DNA from: Camelus ferus
Taxonomy: Eukaryota
Direction: 5' to 3'
Assembly (NCBI RefSeq): GCF_009834535.1
Contig: NC_045702.1
Coordinates: 59,520,001 to 59,584,000, forward strand
DNA length: 64,000 nt
Within the stretch, counting starts at the first letter, position 1. Every line of letters begins with the position of its first letter. Shown here in pieces: positions 24,473 through 36,600 of the stretch. The notes under the pieces were generated by a model, which searched no databases, had not been told where the DNA came from, and saw nothing but the letters and a program-made list of their open reading frames with translations. Position numbers and translations under genes: made by a program.

Positions 24473-24869
24473 GGGTCTCTTCAGTCACAATTCAATGCCA
24501 GCTTCTTTTAAATGGAAGGGAAGAAGGTGGTTTGGAGACAGACAGGAGGGACAACTATGACACAGTGACTTATCAGGAGGGCATGTAGGCCTGTCAGGAT
24601 GAGAGCAAAGTATCAGGTGCCCAGCCAGCTTATACTTTATCTTGTCAGATAATGTTTCACGTCACTCTATTGTTTATAGGTCACGTGGAAGTCAAGGAGC
24701 ATCCTTCCTATTTCAGGGTTTGTGACAGCTTAACTCTTTAAAAATCTCATATTTTGAGGAATTCTAGCAGGGCAGAGAAAGCTTAATTAACTGAGTCTGA
24801 TGCCAAATGTCAGTTGAAATACTCTTTTATTCATATGTGGTTACATTTGCATCCATAGTGTGGTGAGTT

Positions 24870-25350
24870 CAGTAGGTAGACTAATGGCTCCCCCCAAATG
24901 CCCACATCCTAATCCTTGGAGCCTATGAATCTTACCTTATAGGGCATAGACTTTGCAGATATGGTTATGTTAAGGACATAGAGGTGGAAAGATTATCCTG
25001 GTTTATCTGGGTGGACCCCAAAAGCCATCATAAGTGTCCTTATGAGAGGAAGGCCCAGGGAGATCACAGACAGAAGAGGCGATGTGAAGGAAACAGAGTC
25101 AGAGACAAAAGATGCTGTGTATGCTGGCTGTGAAGATGGAGGAAGGGGCCATGAGCTCCTGGAAAATGCAAAGAAACAGATACTCCCTTAAGTCTTCTGG
25201 AGGGAGTGTGGCCCTGCTGACACCTTGGCTTTAGCCCCTTAAGGTTCATTCTGGAACTCTGACCTCCAGAATTGGAACAGAATAAATTCCTGTTGTTGTC
25301 AGCCACCAAGTACATGGTGGCTTTGTGAGGGCAGCCGTATAACACTTACA
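24870..25350 (+). mobile_element. MLT1C/D-like solo LTR
   Basis: gtaggtagactaatggctccccc...gactttgcagat...agccaccaagt...gcagcc. Confidence 0.8.
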
Positions 25351-25599
25351 TTCAGAGTATGATTCAAAAAATGATGCTCTCTCTCTATACACATAAAGGT
25401 AGCAAGACTTGAAGAAAAAAACAGAGTGAAATGTTAACAGCAGCTGACTCTGGTGATAGAATTGAGTGATTTTTTTTTGTCATTACTATGATTTCCTGAA
25501 GTTTCCAAGAAAATATCTAACAGATTCTTGATTCTGTTTCTACTTTTTTTTTTTCTTTAAAAGTTAAGGGAACATTATTTGGTCTTACGGAGTCTTAAA

Positions 25600-25925
25600 A
25601 TTCTGACACATGCTAAAACATGGATGAACTTTAAGGACACTATGCTAAATGAAATAAGCCAGTCACAAAAAGACAAATGCTGTATGATTTCACTTTTATG
25701 AAGTACTGAGATTAGTCAAATTTATAGAGACAGAAAGTAGAATGGTGGTTGCAGGGCCTCGAGGGAGGGAAGAATGGGCATGGTTGTTTAATAGGTGCGA
25801 AGTTTTGCAAGATGAAAAGAGTTCTGAAGATTGGTTGTACAATGATGTGAATGTGCTTAACATTATTGAAGCGGACACAAAATTTAAGATAGTAGATTTC
25901 ATGTTATGTATATTTTACCACATTA
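25600..25925 (+). mobile_element. L1MB-like 3' end
   Basis: acatggatgaactttaaggacactatgctaaatgaaataagccagtcacaaaaagacaaat...atattttaccac. Confidence 0.85.
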
Positions 25926-26399
25926 GAATTTTGAAGTTTATCTACATTATAAAAGGAGAGCATCAGTGATGCCTTTAAAGATAAATATGCAGTATGTGAT
26001 GTGGTCTTGGTTACATGAGGTTGTATTTTCTCTGCACCTTTGTAGCAGCCAGGGCCACCACTCCACATGAGCTTTAGACTTGTCCCCTGCCATCCTCTTC
26101 TCTATTAGATCTCTTGTTTTTCCTTTTGTCTTTATTCTTTCACTCCTTGGTTGGTCTTTCTCTGCTACCTCTGAACACATTCAAGTCTTTCGGGTCTTTG
26201 TTCGACCTCTTGAGAGTATGTTAATCGCTCCTTTTTGAAATACTTCTTTCTTTGGCTTTTACAACATAAGTTGTATACTGCACATACATTCTGCTTACAG
26301 ACAAGACACACACTTCAAAACACTCCTATTGCTGATCTCTGGTGTCCTTCTAACATCCACACCAGGGGCCACTGTGCAAGACTAGGTGACTTCCTTTCT

Positions 26400-27075
26400 C
26401 TTGTCTACCCCCATATATGACTAATTTTGCCTCTGTATTCCTCTAGCCCTATCCAGTCTCTAGTTTCAGGCTCTCAGCCTATCTGGTCTGGATATTTCAA
26501 TAGTTCGATCTTGCCCCATCCTCCACACCGCAGGCAGACTGATCCATCTGCATTGTAACCCTGGCCATGCCACCTGCCCTAGAGCCCTTCAGTGAAGGTG
26601 CACACCCTTCAGCATGGCACCCAACACCCTCCATGACACGGTTCCCACCTGCCCGTCCAGACTCGTCTTCCGCCAGTTCCATAGTGCGTTACCCTTCATT
26701 ACCAACCACTTTCATAACTTGCTACGTTTCCTCAGCCATTTCTGGGTGTCCTGCTTCTCCTGCTTCTTTTCTCTGACTGGAAAACCCTTCCCCTGCACCT
26801 CACTGGATTAATACACAGCCACATTTCTTCATTCAGCTTAGGCATCGGCTCCTCTAAGGGGCTTCCCCTGTCCTCATTGTTCCCATAGTGCCCTGGGAAG
26901 AGGTTGTTGCCTTAACAGGTTATATCCAAGTTAACTATTTATGTGCCTGCTTTCCCACTAGCCCTTACTTTCTTTAGGGGGAAGGTCCATCTCTCAAGTC
27001 ATTTTGGTGTTCCCAGTACCTAACACAGTGCCTGGCACATAGCAGACAATCAGTGTTAACTAATTAAAATGATTC
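26400..27075 (+). mobile_element. L2 3' portion
   Basis: Pyrimidine-rich body ending acagtgcctggcacatagcagacaatc. Confidence 0.7.
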
Positions 27076-27746
27076 ATAGGAAACACTTTTGCTGGTAAGT
27101 TCTAGCCATAATCCACAAAACATTTAAAGCCCTTGCCACCTGACCATCATTGCCTTAATTACAGGCCTTGACAGCAGGGACAAATGAATGAAATTCTTAT
27201 AAAGAGGAGTAAGACCTCTGGAGGTTATACATTCAATTTTTTCATTGAAATTTTCACATGCTTATTTTAGTAAGGCCTGTTTTTTTTTGGGGGGGAGGGT
27301 GGTTGTCTTTGACCTCTACCAACCTATATGCAGGACTGAAATGAAGTAGCCCCACAAATACATGTTCTGCACTGCATACACCTGTGTAGGACTTCGAGTT
27401 TGCCAAACCTGACTTAAAAGTAGCCTTGCCAGAGATATTACTTTGCTACTTTCCTGTCAACTGGCCAGTGCTTTGGGAGGCATTATATGGCCCTGCTGAG
27501 TGGAGCCCCTTTTAAAGGGAACTGACAAGAACACCTGGCTAAACATGTGACCTGGTGCAGTTCTCAACTTTCCCAGGCTGTGTGCCCTGCCCATGAGTTT
27601 CCAGGGCCCTGGTGTGGCCCCAGGGACCAGCCGAAGCCAACAGTGTCCCTCCCGAGGCCACCTGCTCCCAAAAGACAGGACTGCACCCAGCCACCGCCCC
27701 TAGGCCCTTGCCGAAGAGGTCGCCGCGGCCGTACAAGGCAGCCGGG

Positions 27747-27754
27747 GTCACGTG
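27747..27754. promoter_or_regulatory. E-box GTCACGTG (USF/MiT-type)
   Basis: Exact GTCACGTG about 290 bp upstream of the ATG; occupancy is inferred, not shown. Confidence 0.6.
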
Positions 27755-27851
27755 CGCGAGCTCGGTCCGCCGCCCCCGGACCCAGGCCCGCCCCGCAGCA
27801 GGGCAGAGGCCGTCCGGATCACGCGCGCCCGGCGGCCCCGGGCCGGCCCAG

Positions 27852-27856
27852 CCAAT
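27852..27856 (+). promoter_or_regulatory. CCAAT box (NF-Y type, cagCCAATggg)
   Basis: Good NF-Y flanks, about 90 bp upstream of the inferred TSS region. Confidence 0.6.
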
Positions 27857-27939
27857 GGGCTGGCGGCGCCCGCATGACCCGCGCCGGCGGGAGGGCGTGG
27901 GGAGGCAGGCCTGGAGCGCACGCTGGCGGGCTGTATCGC

Positions 27940-28038
27940 CGCCCCCGCCGCCGTCAGGACGGGAAGTGAGCCGCGGGGGCCCGCAGCGCCTGGGAGCTGG
28001 TGAGAACGTCCCGCAGCCGCCCGCACCCGGGGCGAAGC
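27940..28038 (+). other. SLC25A13: SLC25A13 exon 1 5'UTR (TSS approximate)
   Basis: GC-rich sequence directly upstream of the ATG, similar to recalled human mRNA 5' end; the TSS cannot be fixed from sequence. Confidence 0.65.
27962..27968 (+). promoter_or_regulatory. ETS-type site GGAAGTG
   Basis: acgGGAAGTGagcc at the start of the UTR, a common position in CpG-island promoters. Confidence 0.4.
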
Positions 28039-28053
28039 ATGGCGGTCGCCAAG
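28039..28053 (+). CDS. SLC25A13: SLC25A13 (citrin/AGC2) coding exon 1, MAVAK, phase-0 donor
   Basis: aagcATGGCGGTCGCCAAG|gtaagc: strong Kozak context and canonical donor inside a CpG island. The preceding UTR (GAAGTGAGCCGC...TCCCGCAGCCGCCCGCACCCGGGGCGAAGC) closely resembles the human SLC25A13 5'UTR as I recall it, and human exon 1 encodes MAAAK in 15 nt. The paralog SLC25A12 starts MAVK in 12 nt with a short intron 1, which does not fit. Confidence 0.88.
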
Positions 28054-29257
28054 GTAAGCCCTCAGTTCCCCCAGGGGGTGCGAGGGGCCCGGGCGTTCAC
28101 CTGCTGGGCTGAAAAGGGCGCGGGGTTGCTGTTCCACCTTGCTCCTGGGCAGCACAGGCGTCCAGTGCCGGGAGCGAGGCCCGGGGCTCGGGGCCGGACC
28201 TGGCAGCAGAAACTTTGCCGGCTGGACCCTCCCACTTGGCCCGAGAGGGGAGTCGGCGCCTGGCGGACTGAGCCAGGGCCCACGAGGAGGAGCGGGCGCG
28301 ATTGCGGTGGGCCCGGGGCACGGGAGGTCTCGGGTCAGCAGGTCCCCCGGCCACGCCAGCGCGCTCCTAACCCCAGTTGTTATTGACCCGAGCTGCTTCT
28401 AGGGGGCACGGGCCTGAAGCCTGATCCTATTAGGTTTCAAAGGCTCCGCCTCCCCGCGGGTGGGGAAGTCACCTTGACTTCCGTTTTGGAGACTGCCAGG
28501 GAGAGTTGGCCAGCGCGCCTGTGCTAAAAACTCCAGAGGACCTCCCCCCACCACCCCCACCTTTCTCATCCTTCTCCGCGCATCTGACAACACTTACATA
28601 CCGGCCACAGCGTTTGAGAGGCTTCTTTTCAGAAATGACAAAACAGATTGTCCTGGGAGCTTGTAACTCTTGTGAAGTCCTACTTAAAAGGAATTCTGCG
28701 TAATGTGACTCATTCACTAACCCAGAGGAAAGGCAGCTCCGACAGCTTGACCTTTCCTCTTTCACCATTTTTTGAAACCTGGACACCATTTCAGTCTCTT
28801 TGGACTCCACTTCAACTTTTCTGGCAGAATACCATATTTAGTCCCAATCACTTGACTCATTGGAATTTATTGCTTTTAATTTTTAAGTTCACCAAGGTAG
28901 CCCTTTAATCAAGTCTATACAACTTCTTAGCTCATTTTAAGTGCAGTGAACTTAAATGTACCTAACATTTTAAACATTTGTCCTTAATCAAAACTCTGAT
29001 AACCCTCAAGAGGAAAACATGGCCAACACATCATATTCCTATTTATTCAAGCAAACTAATCACATTTGCAATGGAAATTGTAAGCAGACAAATACATTTA
29101 AATCCTGTTCTGTGACTGAAGTTTCTTCAGGCTCCCCAAATCTGCAGGCTTCTCCCTGTTCCTAGACTATCTGGCCTAAGTGGCCTTTCTCTTTTCTGTA
29201 ATTACTCTGAGTTCTCAGCCTAGGGAGTGTGCTCTGGGTGTGCATGTGCAAACACAC

Positions 29258-29262
<5 letters not shown>

Positions 29263-29312
<50 letters not shown>

Positions 29313-29330
29313 CACACACACACACACACA
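29263..29330. repeat. (TA)22 followed by an imperfect (CA)n compound microsatellite
   Basis: Read directly. Confidence 0.95.
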
Positions 29331-31794
29331 TATATAACTGTAAAACTGTTGTAGGTAGATTCTCTGAGGATTACTGGAATTCATTTTTGGAACCGACATT
29401 AGCCCTTTCAAACATAATAGCCCTTGACCTTTTCTTTGCATTAAATTTGTTTGCAATCAGAGTAAAAGTCTTGGTATGAATTAGTTCTCTAAAGATAACT
29501 TCTTCCAGGAGAGTAGCTGGGAGTAGATACCCACAGTTGACTGTCATCTTTATATCTGTAGATGAATTAAATAATTTTACTTAATTTGGAGGTAAAGTAA
29601 TCAAGGAGCCTAAATTGAGGAGTATGCACATAAATGGAGTTATAAGACTGATGAACTAGTGTAAAATAGAATCAGTGACATGGAAGCAGGTTTAACTTTT
29701 TGGTTGTATTTTTATTAAACTGTCACATCATATCAATGAGTGCAGTTGAATTTCAGCCAGCTAGTGAGAGTCAGGGAGAAATGAAACATTTCATTTTCAC
29801 TCTTTGGGAACTTGTGTTTTTGGTTATTTATTCATTTAAACTTGCCTCTTTTTAGGATTTCTGATGGCTCTCGTCCTATATACATATATTTACAGTCCAA
29901 AAAGACATAACAAAATCAAGGCAGAGTAGATGAGGAAAACAGAATAAAGGGAAAGCAAGATGAAGCTAAGATTAAGCATAGTGGAAAATAAGGATTTATG
30001 TATTTGCTGGAGGTGATTGAATTTTCTAGCAGCCAAAGCAAAAAGGAAGGGATCAGTGAGGTCAGTTACTTGGAAGAGAGGTCTCCTTGTTCTGCTACAT
30101 GAGGGCAGTTTCTCTCCATGTCCTTTTATGTGCGGTGAGCAAACTGCATTCAAAACTGCTCATGAACACAGATATATGTTTGTGGGTTCCATAAAGCCAT
30201 TTCTTGTAACGTCTGTCATTGTAGCTCAAGGGCAGTGCAGTAAATGTAGTCTTAAAAGATCCCCAGATGAGCTGTGATGGTCCACCTTAGTCCTAGGTCC
30301 TTATTTATTTGTCTTTGAACTCTCCTTATGGGGTGATTCTGTCAGCTCCTAGGCAGTGCTGGGCAGCCTGAGTTAAAGACCGTGCTATTTGCTTTTTCCT
30401 GGAGCACAGATATTCCATGTTGCCCTGTTGAACACAGAGCCGTAGGCTTAACAGTCTTATCTGGCGGTAGGAATGACATCGTCTCTTTAACTGAGGATCC
30501 TGACTAGGAGAGAAGCCCACCTCAGTGGAGTGTCTGAGAAATTGGGTCCAGAATCTGAAACTCAACAGTTGTAGGTGAATTCCTGTAGTCACTATGGTGA
30601 ATTATTTGAATATTTAAACAGATTTGATATTTTCTGGATGAATTTAGCCACACTTAGCAACTACTTGATCTCTTGACCATTTATTCTTTTTTTGTCTTTT
30701 ATGCATTCAAATGTAACTGACTATTCCTGTCCCTCTTCCTTTAAATAGTATAAATAGGAAGACTGAGAATCTGGTCTTTGGTCTGCTTTTATTTTAATTT
30801 CTGCATGGAGATTACTGATGCAAGAGGTATTTGTTTTTTCCTGAAAAAACATTGATCTAAAACTTAGTATTTTGAGATGAACTCAAAAAGCTTCCATTCT
30901 CCTGCTGCCTGCTTTTGTAGGCATGATCCTTATGTGTTCCCTTGTTAAATGGTACATGATAAGTGTTATGCCTGTACTATTTGTGTTGTTTTCAGTGTTT
31001 CTTTAAAAAATTTCCAAACATTGTCCTACATGTATTAAAATGAAAATGAGTTTTAAAAATTATATTTTATATATCTCTACAAAAAATGCATTTTTAGAAA
31101 GGAGTAATAGAGAGGTTATCCTTGTCTTCCCCTCTGCCCTCTTTGGTTGTAGCTGGCATTCCCTCTTTGTCATTGGTTGAGTTTATACATTAAGAAGGAT
31201 GAAATTAAACTAGGCAGACCTTTTCAAAGTTAGAGAATGCTCCCTTGAGTTCAGACATGAGAAATGTTCAGGTGTAAACAGGACATGGACCAATAACTTG
31301 AGTGAAATCAGCTCAGAACTAAAAGAAGAAAATTTGGAGACAAACTAAAGCATTAATAATAATGAAGATTTGGCCTGCAGGGCTGGTACTCTTAGTATTT
31401 CTCTTCCATTCTTGGCTTGAGTTGTTGCCATGATCATTGATTCATTTAGAATTGTGTGTATTGCGTTCTTCCAAATGCGACTATGCTAAAGATACGAACA
31501 TGACCTGGACCTTTGGGCCTTCAAGAAGACCACAGCCATACCACAGGCTAAATCCTTTCCTGGAAGTGCCCCAACTAGGGTTAATGCCATCACAAGGGCT
31601 AGGAGGACATCAGGGAAGGAGCCAGTTTCTGAGGGAGTGAGGGGAGGGAATGTCTCAAGGGTAGTGCTATTTCAGCAGGATTGGATGGGGGAAGAGGAGG
31701 ACCATTCCAGTGATAGGAAACAGCAAATGAAGGGCAGAGAAGTGCAGCACCTGCTGCATTTAGGGGATTGCAGGCAATAACATAAATAGCGTGG

Positions 31795-32400
31795 CTAACA
31801 CTCAGTGAGTGTTTACTAGATGTGAGTTTCAGTTCTAAATGTTTTTCATTATTAACTAACTCACTTAATTCCTCTAACGGTCCTGTGAGTTATGTACCAT
31901 CATTTCTGGTTTATAGATGAAGGCTGAGATGCCAAGAGGTGTGTAAGTGGCCTAGGATCTGATAATTAAAAGGTGAAGGGGCTGGGGTTCAAATGAGCCG
32001 GTCTGGATCCAGTCTGTGCTCCATACCTTCTCCACCATACTGTCTGCCTGGTAGTTTAGCACGGTGCAGAGGAGAGTTATGGGAGGGGGAAGATGGCTTG
32101 AGAGGGGAAACTAGAGGCCTCTCTTAAAGACTTTTATTTAAGTCTTGTAACTGTAAACTAGACTTTTTTTTGGACTCACACAGTGCTTACTGTGTGCCAG
32201 ACATTCTCCCAAGTGCCTTACAAGTAACTCAGTTTTCATAATACCAAGAAGTAGGTGCGGTCTATTTTTGTCCTCGTTTTACAGGTGAGAAAACTGAGGT
32301 CCGGAGAGGTCAAGTAATTTCCTCAGGGTTGTACAGAGAATAATCAGTGCAGCCTGAATTTGAACCCTGTCAGTCTGTTCTCTTCACCCCTGCTCTGCCT
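31795..32400 (-). mobile_element. Two MIR SINEs (~31795-32040 and ~32170-32400)
   Basis: tttatagatgaaggctgag and ttttacaggtgagaaaactgagg cores. Confidence 0.75.
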
Positions 32401-33051
32401 ATCTCGGCCTTAAAAAGGGCTCCATTTGCAGAGGTACAGGTGAGAATTCACATGCCATCAATTATGGGCACGTGTATTTCCTGATCATCCCAGTTCAGTA
32501 GTTTGTACCTGTAGAATGCTTTTTGTGCTTAGTGTATGCGTTGTTGTTAAGTGGCTTTCAAACTGTAGTGCACAGGCCAGAAGTTGTCGTATGCCTGTTC
32601 TTTTTTAAACAGCTTTATTGAGATAGATATAGTTCATAGGTCAGACAGTTCACTCATTTAAAGAGTACAAGTCAGTGGTTTTCATATTTAAGTTAAAGGT
32701 TTTGTATTTCAAGTTAAAGGTTTTCTCTCCCTATGGTTTAAAAACTGCTAGGTATTTGGTATCATAATAAAGCCGACCAGTTTTTGTGCTGGACAGGAAG
32801 GAAAGAAAGTTTGAATTGTTTTGATGCCATCATGATGGTGGTCAGTTCCTGTGGTTTCCCTGAGATTTGGATTTAGAGTTTGTTAAACTGATGAAGCTGG
32901 ATAGGCCTTGGGGTTTACATAACACAGTGGTCCTCATTCCTTCCCTCATCATCCTGTCCCTTTTTACCAGCTGAAGCAGTGGAGTCCTAGAAAAAATTGT
33001 AATTGGTCCAAGTTCCCATGAAACCCCTTTGCTTTTGGCCTTATTGTAGGC

Positions 33052-33218
33052 CAGGGGTTCTCAGCGCACAGTAGTCCTCCAGACAGGTGTAAAACGGCTG
33101 ATGCCTGGGTCTCCTCCAGAGGTTCTGATTTAATTGGACTTGGCTGTGATGTGAGCCTCAGGGGTCTTTGAAATCTCCCAAGTGAATCAAATGTGCTTCT
33201 AAGATTGCCAGCCATGGC
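33052..33218. mobile_element. MER5A-like hAT MITE
   Basis: caggggttctca...ccagaggttctgatttaattgg...aaatctcccaagtgaatc. Confidence 0.75.
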
Positions 33219-34612
33219 TGCAGGCTGTTTTCGTGCTCTTTGCTTCAGTTAATCCTCTGGGGGTCCTTCTGTGGAGTAAGGAGGGAGTGCAGTGAGAGAA
33301 ACACAAAGCCTTAGCATGTCCATTCAGAAGAAGGATGCATAGGGGCCCTGCAAGTTCTCTTCTGTCTTGGCAGTTTCTTTTCAGCCTTTCTGCCCCTTGT
33401 CTCCTTGGTGCTTAGGCATCAAGCTCATACAGTTTTGTAATTATCCTAGAATATCGGTTTTATCACCAAATGAATTGAAAGGTCCTTTTGTCTCGTGGTT
33501 TTCTTTATCAGAGTAGGTGCTTTGAAGGGGGAAATGTTGCAAAGAGTAACGTAACCCTGGTCTCGCAGCCTCTTCCTTGGCTAACCTAGTTGGGTGCCCA
33601 CGTGTTGTCAGTGTTCCCTAGTTAGGTGACAGGGCTTTGCAAGTGTTGTTCAGCAACAGAACACAGAAAATAGGGAGTGGGGAGAGGGAGGGGAAGGGTT
33701 CAAAGTCAGTGTGTAGGGTGAGAAAACCAGGGATCAGGTCTTCTTGGATATTGAGTTCTTTTATAAGATTGCTAGAGGACTCTGACTCCTTCTGCCCCTG
33801 TGACCTTCCGTTCGTTCTGTGACCTCTCTGCTTTTGTTGAATTCTTACAAGGAAGCATTCCTTCCTGTGTTCTCCATGGGCTGTGAGGATCAGGTCTGCT
33901 GCAAATAGTCCATTCCTACTCTTCCCTGCTCTGCATTTGCTGTTTCCTAAGTACCTATCCTTCCTGCACATTCCCTTGAATGTCTTTGGGTGGGTCTTGG
34001 ATCTGAAGCATGTGTGAATCTGCAGATGGATTGCTTCTGCTTGGCAATAGGGAGGATGTGCCCTTGTTGCAGTGATGTAATTCCCTTAGCAAAGTACTTC
34101 ATAGCAACTGAGCAAGCCCTTTTTTCATGGCCTGTTTAACCAGACCCTTTTGTTGGGTCAGATCAACCCCATGAATTGTGGCTGTGGTCTCTTAGCTCAG
34201 AATTATTCCCAGTGGCTGATTTGTAGAGGGGTGGTCCGGTTTGTTGGTTGGAAACGTTTATAAGAGAGTACTTGTGCTCACCATTTCCTTTGGCAATTTG
34301 CTGTGTAGCTGCGTGAGTGAAAATAGGCCTGGATGTTTCTTTTTGACTATAGGTGCTGACAACACAGCAAAGTTGGCAGTGTTGAAATTCTTAGCAATTC
34401 AACCTAAATAAACCACTCTATTTAATGGCTGTTATTAGGCTGGTAGCTTTGTCTTGATTTCCCATGTAGTCACAGTTTCCACGTGTTTTCCATGAAAACT
34501 GTTGACTTGATATGAGAGATATTTCAAGATAAACTTACTGTTTTCTGGTAAAATATCTTTTGCATAAGACATAAGACAGTAGTACAATTTGTAAGAAAAT
34601 TGTATAAGTAAG

Positions 34613-35156
34613 TGTAGGGGAGGAAAATTTCCCACAACCCTGTAGGGTGCCTGGTTGGGTCTGAAAATTAAAATGACAAAGACAGACTAAGAAAAGAAAA
34701 GCATACAGATTTTATTGAATTTTTATGTGTGCATAAGAGCCTTTACAAGAGAATGAAAGTGACCGGAGCAGAAAGCTTTTACACCTTTTAGACAAAGGAA
34801 AATAAACTTGTAAAGAATTAACAAGACAAAGGAGTTTGGGCTAGGGATAGTAAATGGTGAAGAAATAACTAGGAAGCTATTTCTACCTAAGGGTGAGTTT
34901 AACAAGATTTGTGTGTGCAGATTTCTCGTCTTCAGCTTTTCCATCTTCGGTGATAAGAATGCCTTCCCTCCTTCTGGTCCAAGGAGGGCACCCTTTGCAG
35001 GGGAGTTTTATGACTGGTTTCAGGAAAGAAGGGTGCGGGAGGTGGGGGAGTTAGAATGACCTTTCTGCTCCTACTGTTTTCTCAAACTCCTTCAGGTTAA
35101 GATACCAAGCATGCCAAGGTACCATATTTGTGGGTAACATGTCCTGGAGCCCTGAT
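34613..35156 (-). mobile_element. ERV1-class solo LTR (MER34/MER31-like)
   Basis: tgtaggggaggaaaa start; antisense end resembles agaacatgccaccccaaaatatgccactttggcat of MER34-group LTRs. Confidence 0.7.
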
Positions 35157-35441
35157 TTGAACAGGCTTTTAGACCTAGGTGCATGTTTCTTAGTTTTTCT
35201 GAGTTAGGCATGATTTGCATTATGTCCGATCTCAGTCACAGGTGTAGTCTGAGCTGCAGAGGACCCCCGACTGCTCTGTTAGCACCACTTTTTCATGTGG
35301 GCAAAGGCTGTAAGAACTTCTTTTAGGAAAAAAAAAACCCCAGTAGGTCTAATTTAATGAAAGAGCCCTGGATTAGAAGGCAAGAGAACCTAGGTCTGCT
35401 GTTTCCACTGACAGAGAGAACGCAGACAAGTCTGACTTCTC

Positions 35442-35464
35442 GGGGGGGGGGGGGGGGGGGGGGG
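35442..35464. repeat. G23 homopolymer
   Basis: Read directly. Confidence 0.9.
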
Positions 35465-35675
35465 TGTTAGTATCCCCCTGGGGGAAACAGGGGCCATCAC
35501 TGACATCTGTGATGAGCAAATGAAGTGTGTGAAAACACTTTGGGAATTCTTAGGAATGTCAAGAGATGTCTGTTGGAGACCTGGGACATTTCCACCTAAC
35601 TGAAAACTAGGGGACATCAGCATTATTTGACCTACCTGAACAATTATCTGATTCTCTAAGTGGTCTTCTTGGAGC

Positions 35676-35852
35676 TTTGCTACTAAAAGTTTTTGGTCCA
35701 AAGACCAGCAGCATTGGCTTTACTTAGGAGCTTATAGGAATTACAGCATCCTTGGACTAATCCCAGGCCAAAGATTCCATTGCATCAGAATCTATATTTT
35801 AAATGGATCCCCCAAGGGATTGTATGTGCATTGAAGTTTGAAGAATATTAGC
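35676..35852. mobile_element. MER5A-like hAT MITE
   Basis: gctactaaaag...gaccagcagcattgg...gcatcagaatctatatttta...aagtttgaagaatatt. Confidence 0.75.
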
Positions 35853-36149
35853 CTGGAACTCCTATTACTGTATAATTAAATGTAGCTGCCTTTCTGAGCT
35901 AAGAGTACAGCACCTTTTGATTTGATTATAAGTCAGCCCAACTTTTTGCAGAATTAAATACATAGTGATTAAAATCTAGGATAAATTTTAGGGTTCTTTG
36001 GGCTAATTTTGGTTCCACATTCGGGGCCAAGACATTATTTTGGAACATGTCTCTGAATTATTATTGAGAGAATGTATGATTCTTATATAAGGGTTGTCCT
36101 CCATTTCTTTACTACACACCATACTTAAAAGTTCCTGAAGATGAACTTA

Positions 36150-36600
36150 CACCTTTTCTCTTTTTTGACATCCTCTCCTCATCCAGTGACCTTTGTTCTA
36201 AAACTGTTGTGCTGTCCTCCTTATTTCTGGCCTCACAGGACCCTGTGTGCCACTCCTTCCTTCCTGGAACACCTTCCATTGGCTTTCACGACGTGCCCTC
36301 TCCTGGTGGGCCCCTTACCTGTCATATTAGTCCTTTATTCTCTGTGGCCTGCTTCTTTTTGCCCTTGTGCTTTCTTCTGAAATGTTGGTGTTTCCCTGGC
36401 CTCTGCCCGAGATCCTCTTCCCTCTGGCGGGTGATGCTCCGTGTTCCTCCCAAGCCGGGCCAGCTCTCTCAGGTGCCAGCCTTGCATTTTTGGCTTCCTG
36501 TTGGAAAGCTCAACTTATCGGTCTCAAAGATATTCCAAACTTGGCTTGCTAGAATTAAATCCACCTTTTTGGTCACTCCTGACTTTCAGCTGCAGCTCAG
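36150..36600 (+). mobile_element. L2 internal fragment
   Basis: cttcctggaacaccttccattggcttt...ctctcctgg...aaatgttggtgtttccctgg typical L2 body. Confidence 0.65.

Larger units (their letters stand above)
27600..28520. promoter_or_regulatory. SLC25A13: CpG island / TATA-less promoter of SLC25A13
   Basis: Abrupt rise in GC and CpG density against an AT-rich background; GC boxes, no TATA box seen. Confidence 0.92.

Noticed and set aside
28039-28053. SLC25A12, BTAF1 (MAVSR) or CEP97 (MAVAR) as the gene identity
   Set aside because: Exon length (15 nt), 5'UTR similarity and long intron fit SLC25A13 better; none of the others' next exons was seen.
27539-28810. Many overlapping 64-166 aa ORFs across the CpG island
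   Set aside because: Expected from GC-rich, stop-poor sequence; only MAVAK before the donor is supported. The 128-aa ORF 28000-28386 reads through the intron.
32690-32724. 14-bp direct repeat aagttaaaggtttt
   Set aside because: Small slippage duplication at an L1 fragment edge; no further structure.
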